Origin: the human T2T-CHM13v2.0 reference genome, Homo sapiens
Length of the DNA: 64,000 bases
Assembly: GCF_009914755.1 (NCBI RefSeq)
Contig: NC_060936.1
Direction: 5' to 3' (one strand)
The notes under the pieces are model-generated. The model saw only the letters and a list, made by a program, of their open reading frames with translations, did not search any database and was not told the origin of the DNA. Within the stretch, counting starts at the first letter, position 1. Each line of letters begins with the position of its first letter. The position numbers and the translations under genes were made by a program. This document shows, in pieces, positions 51,341 to 64,000 of this stretch.

Positions 51341-54300
51341 TCATCTATGTCCCTGCAAAGTACATGAACTTATCCTTTTTTTGGCTGCATAGTATTCCAG
51401 GGTGTATATGTGCCACATTTTCTTAATCCAGTCTATCACTGATGGACATTTGGGTTGGTTCCAAGTCTTTGCTGTTGTGAATGGTGCTGCAATAAACATA
51501 CGTGTGCATGTGTCTTTACAGAAGTATGATTTATAATCCTTTGGGTATATACCCAATAATGGGATCACTGGGTCAAATGGTATTTTTTGTTCTAGATCCT
51601 TGAGGAATCGCCACACTGACTTCCACAATGGTTGAACTAATTTACACTCCCACCAATAGTGTAAAAGCGTTCCTATTTCTCCACATCCTCTCCAGCATCT
51701 GTTGTTTCCTGACATTTTAATGATCGCCATTCTAACTGGTGTGAGATGGTATCTCATTGTGGTTTTGATCTGCATTTCTCTGATGACCGGTGATGATGAG
51801 CATTTTTTCATGTGTCTGTTGGCTGCATAAATGTCTTCTTTTGAGAAGTGTCTGTTCATATACTTTGCCCACTTTTTGATGGGGTTGTTTGTTTTTTTCT
51901 TGAAAATTTTGTTTAAGTTCTTTGTAGGTTCTGGATATTAGCCCTTTGTCAGATGGGTAGATTGCAAACATTTTCTCCCATTCTGTAGGTTGTCTGTTCA
52001 CTCTGATGGTAGTTTCTTTCGTTGGGCAGAAGCTCTTTAGTTTAATTAGATCCTGTTTGTCTATTTTGGCTTTTGTTACCATTGTTTTTGGTGTTTTAGT
52101 CATGAAGGCCTTGCCCATGCCTATGTACTGAATGGTATTGCCTAGGTTTTCTTCCAGGGTTTTGATGGTTTTAGGTCTAACATTTAAGTCTTTAATCCAT
52201 GTTGAATTAATTTTTGTATAAGGTGTAAAGAAGGGATCCAGTTTCAGCTTTCTACCTATGGCTAGCCAGTTTTCCCACCACCATTTATTAAATAGGGAAT
52301 CCCCTCCCCATTTCTTGTTTTTGTCAGGTTTGTCAAAGATCAGATGGTTGTAGATATGCAGCATTATTTCTGAGGGCTCTGTTCTGTTCCATTGGTCTAT
52401 ATCTCTGTTTTGGTACCAGTACCATTCTGTTTTGGTTACTGTAGCCTTGTAGTGTAGTTTGAAGTTAGGTAGCATGATGCCTCCAGCTTTGTTCTTTTTG
52501 CTTAGGATTGTCTTGGCAATGCAGGCTCTTTTTTGGTTCACTATGAACTTTAAAGTAGTTTTTTCCAATTCTGTGAAAAAAGTCATTGGTAGCTTGATAG
52601 AGAAGGCATTGAGTCTATAAATTACCTTGTGCAATATGGCCATTTTCATGATATTGATTCTTCCTATCCATGAGCAAGGAATGTTCTTCCATTTGTTTGT
52701 GTCCTCTTTTATTTCATTGAGCAGTGGTTTGTAGTTCTCCCTGAAGAGGTCCTTCACATCCCTTGTCAGTTGGATTCCTAGGTATTTTATTCTCTTTGTA
52801 GCAATTGTGAATGTGAGTTCACTTATGATTTGGCTATCTGTTTGTCTGTTATTGGTGTATAGGAATGTTAGTGATTTTTGCACATTGATTTTGTATCCTG
52901 AGACTTTGCTGAAGTTGCTTATCAACTTAAGCAGATTTTGGCCTGAGACGATGGGGTTTTCTAAATATACAATCATGTCATCTGCAAACAGGGACAATTT
53001 GACTTCCTCTTTTCCTAATTGAATACCCTTTATTTCTTTCTCTTGCCTGATTGCCCTGGCCAGAACTTCCAACACTGTGTTGAATAGGAGTGGTGAGAGA
53101 GGGCATCCCTGTCTTGTTCTGGTTTTCAAAGGGAATGCTTCCAGTTTTTGCCCATTAAGTATTATATTGGCTGTGGGTTTGTCATAAATAGCTCTTATTA
53201 TTTTGAGATATGTTCCATCAATACCTAGTTTTTTGAGAGTTTTTAGCATGAAGGGCTGTTGAATTTGTCAAAGGCCTTTTCTGCATCTATTGAGATAATC
53301 ATGTGGTTTTTGTCTTTGGTTCTGTTTATGTAATGGATTAAGTTTATTGATTTGCATATGTTAAGCCAGCCTTGCATGCCAGGGATGACGCTGACTTGAA
53401 CGTGGTTGATAAGATTTTTGATGTGCTGCTGGATTCGGTTTGCCAGTATTTTATCGAGGATTTTTGCATCGATGTTCATCAGGGATATTGGTCTAAAATT
53501 CTCTTTTTTTGTTGTGTCTCTGCCAGGCTTTGGTATCAGGATGATGCTGGCCTCATAAAATGAGTTAGGGAGGACTGTCTCTTTTTCTGTTGATTGGAAT
53601 AGTTTCAGAAGGAATGGTACCAGCTTCTCTCTGTACCTCTGGTAGAATTCGGCTGTGAATCTGTCTGGTCCTGGACTTTTTTTGGTTGGAAGGCTATTAA
53701 CTATTCCCTCAATTTCAGAGCCTGTTATTTGTCTATTTGGAGATTCCACTTCTTCCTGGTTTAGTCTTGGGAGGGTGTATGTGTCCAGGAATTTATCCAT
53801 TTCTTCTAGATTTTCTAGTTTATTTATGTAGAGGTGTTTATGATATTCTCTGATAGTAGTTTGTATTTCTGTGGGATTGGTGGTGATATCCTCTGTATCA
53901 TTTTTTATTGTATCTATTTGATTTTTCTCTCTTTTCTTCTTCATTAATCTTGCTAGAAGTCTATCAATTTTGTTGATCTTTTCAAAACACCAGTTCCTGG
54001 ATTCATTGATTTTTTGAAGGGTTTTTTGTGTCTCTATCTCCTTCAGTTCTGCTCTGATCTTAGTTATTTCTTGCCTTCTGCTAGCTTTTGAATATGCTTG
54101 CTCTTGCTTCTCTAGTTCTTTTAATTGTGATGTTAGGGTGTGAATTTTAGATCTTTCCTGCTTTCTCTTGTGGGCATTTAGTGCTGTAAATTTCCCTCTA
54201 CACACTGCTTTAAATGTGTCCCAGAGGTTCTGGTTCATTGTGTCTTTGTTCTGCTTGGTTTCAAAGAACATCTTTATTTCTGCCTTCATTTCGTTATGTA

Positions 54301-55082
54301 CCCAGTAGTCATTCAGGAGCAGGTTGTTCAGTTTCCATGTAGCTGAGCAGTTTTGAGTGAGTTTCTTAATCCTGAGTCTAGTTTGATTGCGCTGCGGTCT
54401 GAGAGACAGTTTGTTATAATTTCTGTTCTTTTACATTTGCTGAGGACTGCTTTACTTCCAACTATGTGGTCAATTTTGGAATAAGTGTGATTTGGTGCTG
54501 AGAAGAATGTATATTCTGTTGATTTGGGGTGGAGAGTTCTGTAGATGTCTATTAGGTCCACTTGGTGCAGAGCTGAGTTCAGGTCCTGGATATCCTTGTT
54601 AACCTTCTGTCTCATTGATCTGTCTAATACTGACAGTGAGGTGTTAAAGTCTCCCATTATTATTGTGTGGGAGTCTAAGCCTCTTTGTAGGTCTCTCAGG
54701 ACTTGCTTTATGAATCTGGGTGCTCCTGTATTGGGTACATATTTATTTAGGATAGTTAGCTCTTCTTGTTGAATTGATCCCTTTACCATTATGTAATGGC
54801 CTTCTTTGTCTCTTTGATCTTCATTGGTTTAAAGTCTGTTTTATCAGAGACTAGGATTGCTACCCTTGCTGTTTTTTGTTTTCCATTTTCTTGGTAGATC
54901 TTCCTCCATCCCTTTATTTTGAGCCTATGTGTGTCTCTGCACGTGAGATGGGTCTGCTGAATACAGCACACTGATGGGTCTTGACTCTTTATCCAATTTG
55001 CCAGTCTGTGTCTTTTAATTGGGGCATTTAGCTCATTTACATTTAAGGTTAATATTGTTACATGTGAATTTGATCCTGTCAT
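51341..55082 (-). pseudogene. L1 ORF2p remnant in five frameshifted pieces (97, 153, 348, 505 and 172 aa)
   Basis: MTGSNSHVTILTLNVN; GDFNT; [10 protein letters not shown]; [10 protein letters not shown]; LFADDMIVY; [13 protein letters not shown]. Confidence 0.96.
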
Positions 55083-55145
55083 TATGATGTTAGCTGGTTA
55101 TTTTGCCCGTTAGTTGATGCAACTTCTTCCTAGCATTGATGATCT

Positions 55146-56152
55146 TTACAATTTGGCCCGTTTTTGCAGTGGCTGGTACCGGTTGTTCCCTTCCATGTTT
55201 AGTGCTTCCTTCAGGAGCTCTCGTAAGGCAGACCTGGTGGTGACAAAATCTCTCAGCATTTGCTTGTCTGTAAAGAATTTTATTTCTCCTTCACTTATGA
55301 AGCTTAGTTTGGCTGGATATGAAATTCTGGGTTGAAAATTCTTTTCGTTAAGAATGTTGAATTTTGGCCCCCACTCTCTTCTGGGTTGTAAAATTTCTGC
55401 CAAGAGATCTGCTGTTAGTCTGATGGGCTTCCCTTTTTTGGCAACCCAACCTTTCTCTCTGGCTGCCCTTAACATTTTTTCCTTCATTTCAACTTTGGTG
55501 AATCTGACAATTGTGTGTCTTGGAGTTGCTATTCTTGAGAACTGTCTTTGTGGTGCTCTCTGTATTTCCTGAATTTGAATGTTGGCCTGCCTTGTTAGGT
55601 TGGGGAAGTTCTCCTGGATAATATCCTGAAGACTGTTTTCAACTTGGTTTCATTCTCCCCGTCACTATCAGGTACACCAATCAAATGTTGATTTGGTCAT
55701 TTCACATAGTCCCATATTTCTTGGAGGCTTTGTTCATTTCTTTTTACTCTTTTTTCTCTTAACTTCTCTTCTCACTTTATTTGATTCATTTGATCTTCAA
55801 TCACTGATACCCTTTCTTCCACTTGATTGAATCGGCTATTGAAGCTTGTGCATGCCATAGTTTTCAGCTCCATCAAGTCATTTAAGGTCTTCTCTACACT
55901 GTTTATTCTAGTGAGCAATTCATTTAATCTTTGTTCAAGATTTGTAGCTTCCTTGCAATGGGTTCGATCATCCTCCTTTAGCTCGGAGCAGTTTGTTATT
56001 ACCGACCTTCTGAAGCCTACTTCTGTCAACTCGTCAAAGTCATTCTCTGTCCAGCTTTGTTCTGTTGCTGGTGAGGAGCTGCAATCCTTTGGAGGAGAAG
56101 AGGCGCTCTGGTTTTTAGAATGTTCTGCTTTTCTGCTCTGGTTTCTCCTCAT
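55146..56152 (-). pseudogene. L1 ORF1p remnant
   Basis: MRRNQSRKAEHSKNQSAS...; KEKMLRAAREKG...YPAKLSFISEGEIK; middle disrupted. Confidence 0.95.
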
Positions 56153-57023
56153 CTTTGTGGTTTTATCTACCTTTTGTCTTTGATGATGGTGACCTACAGA
56201 TGGGGTTTTGGTGTGGATGTCCTTTTTGTTGATGTTGATGCTATTCCTTCCTGTTTGTTAGTTTTCCTTCTAACAGTCAGGTCCCTCAGCTGCAGATCTG
56301 TTGGAGGTTGCTGGAGGTCCACTCCAGACCCTGTTTGCCTGGGTATCACCAACAGAGGCTGCAGAACAGCAAATATTGCTGCCTGATCCTTCCTCTGGAA
56401 GCTTTTTCCCAGAGGGGCACCCGCCTGCATGTCCCGTTTTTCCAGGTTCTGTCTGTCATGGCTTCCCTTGGCTAGGAAAGGGAAATCCCCCAACCCCTTG
56501 AGCTTCTCAGGTGAGGCGATGCCCTGCACTAATTCGGCTCACCCTCCGTGGGCTGCACCCACTGTTCAACTAGTCCCAGTGAGATGAACCAGGTACCTCA
56601 GTTGGAAATGCAGAAGTCACCTGTCTTCTGTGTTGATCATGCTGGGAGCTGCAGACTGGAGCTGTTCCTATTTGGCCATCTTGGAACAGGATCCCCTGAA
56701 TGCTATTTTGAAAATATGCATAAAGCTTTTTTTGGAAGGGGGGTTCTTAAATATATTTCATACTCTAGGCAGATTCTAATAATCAGTGATATTTTTCAAT
56801 GTATGTATAAAGTAGTATATGCCACAAAAGAATATCAAAATTAATGTTTTAATACATAAACTTGAATAACAATATCCTTTTTAATCACAAAATGAATCAC
56901 ATTGGCCTTAATCATCATAAATATTTATGATTTTTTCTTTACCTGCTATATTTTACACTTTTTGAGAGCATGGGTCATGCCTTCTTCTTTATTTGTACCC
57001 AATAGTCAAAAAATGCTTATTAA

Positions 57024-57327
<304 letters not shown>

Positions 57328-58515
57328 TGCTTATTAATAGCTCACTTTCTCTAATAGATATTGAAAGTAATCACAGTGGTTTATTTTCCTTGGAACATAA
57401 TGTTTGGTAAATTATTACTTATAATACTTTATTATTACATTGATAAATTATTATTTTACTCTAAAAATTTAGAGGAATTAGACATAATAAAAAATAAAAT
57501 AAAAATTTATTATTTTGCCACCCCAAAATAACTTACATTAATAACATTTAGTATGTTTAATTTACTTGTTTTTTCTCAGTGTATATAAAACATGCTTAAA
57601 AAAAGTAAAAGCTGCAAAAGCCATATTGCTTTGCATCCGCCTCCTTTCATTTGATAAAAGTTAGTCATTTTCCATTTTCCCACAGCAGGCACAATATAAA
57701 AGCAAATAATTAAAATAGAACTCCTTATATTTTAAATTAAAATTAATAACAAACATGTGCACTGTTCCTTCTAAAATGTATTTTTTCAAACCACCCAGCT
57801 ATTATTAAGCTCTGATGCAATAAACAGAATTGCCTGAAGCTGTACTCTGAAGTACAAAAAGAGGATGATCTTCAGGTCTTGGTGAATCTTACTAAGGTTC
57901 TATTAACCTAGTCTTTCCACTTCAGTTGTGGCTTGTCCTTTTGTCAAGGAGGCTCCAGTTTAAGGAAGTGGCACAGAGTGGTTCATCCCATCCTGTCCCA
58001 TCATTTCTTTCAGCAATTCACATGTGCAGCTATCTTCTCTATCCCCCAATACAACAGTGCCTCAAAGCTTCTTTGAACCCTTGTTTTTAATTTATCTCAG
58101 GTCAGAGCCCCAATCAAAATTACCACTAGCATCACCAATGCGTTGGCTCTGGCTCATATCATTATAGCCTCTCCTTTGCTCTATTCATTTTCAGGAGTCA
58201 TTTTATTTCATGCTTTTTTTGTTAGTTTATTTATTTTTAAAGCAAAAGTTTTGAAACTCTTTAGAGTGATGAAATGATTCCACTGTTTCTTACGAGCTAT
58301 AAAAACATCTTCAGTTTACTAAAGAAATATTTTATTGTGTTATTTTACTTTTTAAAACAATCACTTAAATTATTTCAATAAACTTGTAATTTAAAAAATT
58401 GAACATAAGTTTGTGGCTTAAAAATAATAGAGCAAGGTTTTTGTTTTCCTTTGCACTTTTAAATTTCATATGAATTTGGCATATAAGACAGAAACTAAAA
58501 TACTTTGTCTTATTA

Positions 58516-58640
58516 TGGTGGTCACCAACCACCATTTTTCTGGGACTATACTACTTTAGTGGCCATTTCAGTGGAACTGAATGTCTCTTGTCCTGGGGAA
58601 ACCCCTCAGTCCCAAGAAAACCAGAATGGTTGGTATTGCT
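58516..58640 (+). mobile_element. MER81-like hAT-Blackjack MITE
   Basis: ggtcaccaacc...gggaaacccctcagtcccaagaaaaccagaatggttggt. Confidence 0.65.
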
Positions 58641-59067
58641 CAGTCAGATAAGCTACATTTACCAAGCTACTAACATTCATGATGTTAGTTGGCATTGTCT
58701 AGAACGTGAACAATAGTTTAAACAAATCATACTTTTACCCACTTCATGGTCTGTCAAGTGTGACAATAGTCTATTGTGGTCATTCTGGGAAACATTTTCA
58801 GCCCTCTCCATTTCTTACAAAAATATATGATCTCAAAAATGTCTGCGAATTGCCAAAAAGTCCATACGTTGATGCATACATAAATAGCAATTTGACAAAC
58901 TTGCAAATGCTTCATTTTCCACTGCCCTTTTGCTTCCGGCTACTGGTAGTTCTGAACTGAGTGGAAGTCTGGATAATTCCAAACTTTATGTCTTTCAGAT
59001 GTGATTTTTTTCCCCCAAAATTTTTAGCAGTGTGTGCTAAAACTAACATTTTCCTATGGTTCTCCAG

Positions 59068-59178
59068 AGCTGCTGCTCTGCACCAATACAATGCAGCTAA
59101 CAAGAGGTTTTATGGAGAATGTTCTGTTTGGCAGTGCTGTAATTGAAGGACACCTGCCAGTCTTTTGCCTATCAGTAG
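59068..59178 (+). other. Candidate internal exon (probably non-coding transcript)
   Basis: Branch point CTAAC at 59043-59047, pyrimidine tract, CAG acceptor, AG|GTAAGA donor; 111 nt. Confidence 0.35.
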
Positions 59179-59213
59179 GTAAGATTCTGCCCCTGGGAAG
59201 TGTGTGCTTGTGT

Positions 59214-59214
<1 letters not shown>

Positions 59215-59265
<51 letters not shown>
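59215..59265 (+). repeat. (CT)25 microsatellite
   Basis: Directly visible. Confidence 0.97.
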
Positions 59266-59270
<5 letters not shown>

Positions 59271-60094
59271 AACAGATGTTGCTAGCAATCTGTCCTCAAG
59301 TCATATTTTGTTGGTATGAAAATTCGTTACTGTTTTCACACAGGGCACAGAAAACATTTCATAACATCTGGGAAATAAATGTTTTTATGATTTAACAACA
59401 ATGAAAAAATACCGACATCTCCTTTTCAGCTCATGCTAGTTTATAACTCACACCCAGGCAACTCCGGTGTGTTAATGCTTATTACTGGAGTGTCTGAGCA
59501 CCTGGAAAATAGAAGCTCATTGTTTTCGGTAAATGTCTCTCATATTCCACAATGTATAACAGTTTCATATCCCTGAACTTAATTTCATTGTAGACTTGGA
59601 AAGTGCTGTCACATTTTTATCCCGATAAAAATAGCAAAGAGCAACTTTTGAAATCTCATTTACTAGATACAGGTTTGAATTTAAACGGAGACCTCAGTTT
59701 GAATGGTGACTCACATAATTACTGGGGGACCATATTTTAGTTTTAGAAAATATTTCACGTGAAGAGCTATATCATCACTCAGAGATTTTGGAATTTGTTG
59801 TGTACCTCAGATTAAAGAGCCACAACCTTAATGCCCCAATATAAAAGTCATAAGATAGTTAGAATGTTGTTTCAGAATACTGTTTAAAAAAAAAAACCCA
59901 CAAAACTCTGCAGAGTTGCATTGTATACAGCTAGATTCCTTAAAATTTGTCAGTTTATAAATATTATTTAAGGATTGTATTGACTCCATATGACTTTTAA
60001 GGGACTGCATTTTCCCTGGAATGTCAGTTGTAGATAAATAAAGAAGGATTTTGTAAAATATCAGGTTGGAAAAATAAAGGCAATGTGGCCTCAT

Positions 60095-60320
60095 TTAGTC
60101 ATCTAGACTTTGTAATCAGTTAGACGTGGGTATAAGATTCACCTCCACCACTGACTAATTGGTCCACCTTGGAAAAGTTGCTAAATCTCTTCAAGCACTG
60201 ATTTTTGTCATCTTAAATGCTCTTATGAGAATTAAATGAGATAATGTATAAAAGGGAGTGTCTAACACAATCTCTGACATGTGTTGAGCACTCAGTAAAT
60301 GAAATATGCTATTATTAGTA
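60095..60320 (+). mobile_element. MIR SINE
   Basis: accttggaaaagttgctaaatctct...tgagaattaaatgagataatgtataaaag. Confidence 0.75.
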
Positions 60321-60639
60321 TCATTAAACACTGGAGGCATGGTTGAGCACAATGGAGGCAATATTCTTAAAGCCATTTCATGCTCCATAGAATCCTCAAA
60401 GAATGAGCCTCCCAATTTATGCCATTTGACAGCCCTGCCAGACTTCCAGGTATATCCCAAATGGCATTTTTTTTTTTCAAGAAAACTTCTTTGGTCCCCT
60501 CACCTAAATGTGAACATTCACTCTCTTAAATGCCCAAAGTATTGATCATTTGCCACATTAAGTACATAGAGGCACTGGTGTTTAGAGATCTTTGTGTTGA
60601 CGGTTCTCCTTGGGTTAGGGGTTCTGTTTCACACAGTTT

Positions 60640-61090
60640 AGCTTTCCCCATTGTCTAAGCTCCTGATATCTGATAGGAAAGTAAAAGAGAACACAGACAA
60701 CTAAAATTATTGTGTATAATATGTGCAGCAAAAGTAGTAAAACGAAGCTGTTAATATTAAGAGTAGGGAGAGATGATGGCTTGTCATTGGGTAATAAGGA
60801 GAGATTGGTTTGGAGGGAGTAGCTTTTAAGTGATTTTAAGGGCCGGAAGGGCTCAAGAGGGCTTTGCAGCGGAAAAAAATGGAGCAAAAGCAACTTCATG
60901 AAGAAACCAGTGAACCACAAAGAGTGAGTCTGTTTGATTGAAGCATGTTGAGTGTGTGACTGGTAGAAGACAATTCTGGAAAGGTAGATGTGGCACAGTT
61001 GCAGAGAACAGGAAAGGACAGGCAAAGGAGACTGGATTTTATCTGGAGGCCAATAAGGAGTTGCCTAAGCTTTGAGAGAAGGAAGTGACA
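60640..61090 (-). mobile_element. L2-like fragment
   Basis: ggcaaaggagactggattttatctggaggccaataaggag...gtgaca; boundaries approximate. Confidence 0.45.
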
Positions 61091-61287
61091 CAGAGAAGGG
61101 TGTCAGGTGTTTCCATGACAGCCTTTCAACACTGGACTCATCAACACTCAGATACATTTGCTGACTATCGCCAAAATACCTGCCCCCTATCTGCCCTTTA
61201 AAGACAGCTAACCATAACACATACCAAGCCTTGCAAGTATGTAAAGCAAGCAGTAAACTATAGGTCTTGTTTCTGTAATAGAAAGTT

Positions 61288-61503
61288 AAGTATAGTAGAT
61301 GGTTAGGAGCCTGGGTTTGGGAAGCAATAGACTTGGGATTCAAATCTTAGCTCTGCCAATGACTAAAGAGTGACCACAACAAATTACTTAACCACTCTCT
61401 CACCTATAAAATTTGGTAGTTATCCTATTAACTCACTGGGTCATTGTGAGGTTTAAATGCCATGCATGTGAAGCACTTAGTACCTGATCCATAGAAACTG
61501 CTC
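61288..61503 (+). mobile_element. MIR SINE
   Basis: ggttaggagcctggg...ggattcaaatcttagctctgcca...gtcattgtgaggtttaaatg. Confidence 0.8.
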
Positions 61504-62164
61504 ACAGGACTCTATGACTCATGATTCCTCCCTCTCATCTCTTTGATTCTGGTTCTCTATGGCCTCCAGCGTTTGATACTGATTTCTGTTCTGCATCATG
61601 TTTAAAAGTCTGATTGGGCTTCTTTATCATCAGGGACATCTCAGGAAAAGATGATCCACTCAAAGGGCTTAATCCTGAAGAGAGTATCATAAAGGAACTA
61701 CTTACAGAGATACAGACTGGGTGAAGAAGGCAAGGGATGGCAGAGCATCAATGAATGAGAAATCATGATCATTCTTAGGTGTAAAGGTGTTATTGGAGCT
61801 AGAGCTGCAGATGCCCTGTGGCCTTAGAGGAATGCAGCCAGCCTAGAACTCCAAGAGGCAGGAAGGGAGCAGTGTGTGTACAGGGGATAAACATAATCTC
61901 TTTCTCCTCCTTCCCTCTAAAGTTTTGCCACATTCATATGGCACAGAGAAAAGTGCAAGTGAGTTAACAGAAACCCCTGATGCCTCTAAAATGATGTGGT
62001 ATTCATCACATCCACTCACACTCCAAGGGTCAAAGCAAGTTACACGGCCATGCCCAGAGTAAACGAGGCAGGAGATATGATCTCCTTATGGTAAAAGGAG
62101 ATTGAATAATTCTGAAAAATAGTACAATCTATCACCATAGGATGTTACAACTCTGACCGATTGG

Positions 62165-62365
62165 AAAGAACAGAATCTTTGGAGTCAGAAAGGCTTGAGT
62201 TTGAATTTTGGTATCACCAGCTTCCTAGCTTTGTGGCCACAGAGAAGTTAGAACTCCCTGAGCCTCAATCTCTTAAAATGTAAAAACCTGCCTCACAGGA
62301 TTGTGTGAATATTAAATATACCAGTACAACGCCCGAAAAATACTATGATATGTGCTTGGTAAATA
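62165..62365 (+). mobile_element. MIR SINE
   Basis: ctttggagtcagaaaggcttgagtttgaat...ctgagcctcaatc...cctcacaggattgtgtgaatattaaat. Confidence 0.75.
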
Positions 62366-63048
62366 CCAACCTTGGCCTCTTCTTCAAGGATTAACCAGAA
62401 TGTAATTATCCCAAAGGGAGAAGTCAGGGAATACAAGCCACATGTAAACACATTTTTTTTCCCTAATTTTCCTAATAAAACTAAGGTAGAGTCCCAAATG
62501 CCTAATGCTTTTATATACTATATCTCTTTGAACAGTGTAGTAATAAATCACTTAGAGTGAAGGAAGTATAGTATTACTCTTCTGAATAGGATCATTAAAT
62601 GCAATCAATATCAGAGTAGAATTACTTTATAATTACCTTTATAAATTGATGATTCACTTTAACACCTATTCTTGGCTTATGAAAATGTTATCATAAAGCT
62701 ATAATAATTATAGTTAGAAAACTGGCCAAATCAAACAGTGAATTATACTCTGTCCTTGGATTGTTTAGACTTCCCTTATGACTGGCCCAGATTATTTTAA
62801 AAGTTATTGTCGATTTTTAGCTCATAGTATCTATCTCTTTTAAAATAACAATTATTAGTTGTTACTTTTTATTACGTAAAAAATAACTGTATCTCATACA
62901 CACACAGACACACACACAAATGAAACAGTACATTTTAATCAAAATAACTAAAAAGTCAAGTCACTCCAAACTAATCAGACAGAGTAAATTCAGTCAATGT
63001 TTTAGTATGTATTCTTTCATTTTTTTCCCCTGAATTGATAGGTGGTAG

Positions 63049-63488
<440 letters not shown>

Positions 63489-64000
63489 TAGTTATATACA
63501 TATATGCCCTTGTTTTAATGATTACATTTATGGTTTCTATGCATATTTTTCAATGAGTACCTTATTATTGGATGTTTGGATTATTTGTCAGTTTTCTATT
63601 ATTCAGTCTCTTAAACGTAGTTTTCACTAGTCAATATATATGCACTAGAGGAAGCCAGGCCATGGGAATTGTTGTCTGGGACACTAGCTGGATTTTGGCC
63701 CTATTCACCCCTACTCACTTCTGTGATCAGATCCCATCCTTGGCAGCTCTGTTCTTAAATGTCTAAATGTATACTAGAAACGTTAAAGAACAATACACAT
63801 AGAATCTCTCTCAGAATGAATAAGCCTTTTTTGAAATTTCTAGTCATTTTATAGTATCAACAGCTGCCAGATAGTATTTAAAAGTATTTACGTCTTGGTA
63901 CCATTAACTGCCTTTGCCAAGATTTGTCTTTATTAACTAAGTTCTCTGTGAAAGGGCGTCAAAAATGGCTAAAGTGTTATTGGCTTTACAGGTCACGGAT

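Larger units (their letters stand above)
51033..56696 (-). mobile_element. Near-full-length L1PA6-like LINE-1 with a 5'UTR deletion (inactive)
   Basis: Poly-T then ttatactttaagttctag 3' end; ORF2 and ORF1 remnants; YY1 motif at 56674-56682; degenerate TSD tgaatgattt / tgaatgctattt. Confidence 0.96.

Noticed and set aside
51732-53249. 505-aa ORF as a novel reverse-transcriptase gene or system
   Set aside because: It is a fragment of ordinary L1 ORF2p within a frameshifted L1PA element.
56425-56440. 5'UTR deletion as a spliced L1 (SpIRE)
   Set aside because: In L1 sense orientation the missing segment does not start with GT or end with AG, and it does not begin at the known donor near nt 97. 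It looks like a DNA-level or reverse-transcription deletion with ~2-bp microhomology.
61514-61522. Isolated AP-1 sites (also near 7723, 33378 and 59707)
   Set aside because: 7-9-bp motifs are expected several times by chance in 64 kb without supporting context.

Overview
Human non-coding genomic DNA; AluYb8 and AluYg6 copies (both human-lineage subfamilies) point to Homo sapiens. I find no recognisable host protein-coding gene, rRNA, tRNA or CRISPR array, and every long ORF in the track is a LINE-1 remnant or Alu/low-complexity noise. Main structure: (1) 5' end of a minus-strand L1PA6/7-like element at 1-1079; (2) an ancient L1M element (~19550-31180) split by a full-length L1PB1 (20892-27756, 14-bp TSD) that itself carries an AluSp; (3) a near-full-length minus-strand L1PA6-like element (51033-56696) with a ~475-bp 5'UTR deletion; (4) about 16 Alus or Alu monomers, MaLR solo LTRs, L2/MIR relics, hAT MITEs and microsatellites. 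Unexplained signals in unique DNA: a compact double-RBPJ/NF-kB motif cluster (47298-47345), a full RFX X-box (50417-50430), several + strand exon-like segments with good splice signals, and a complex duplication junction inside the old L1M. The sequence does not support a novel coding system. The best unifying hypothesis, which is inference only, is an L1-antisense-linked spliced lncRNA and/or enhancers. Subfamily names and boundaries were assigned by eye from remembered consensus sequences and need RepeatMasker/Dfam confirmation.
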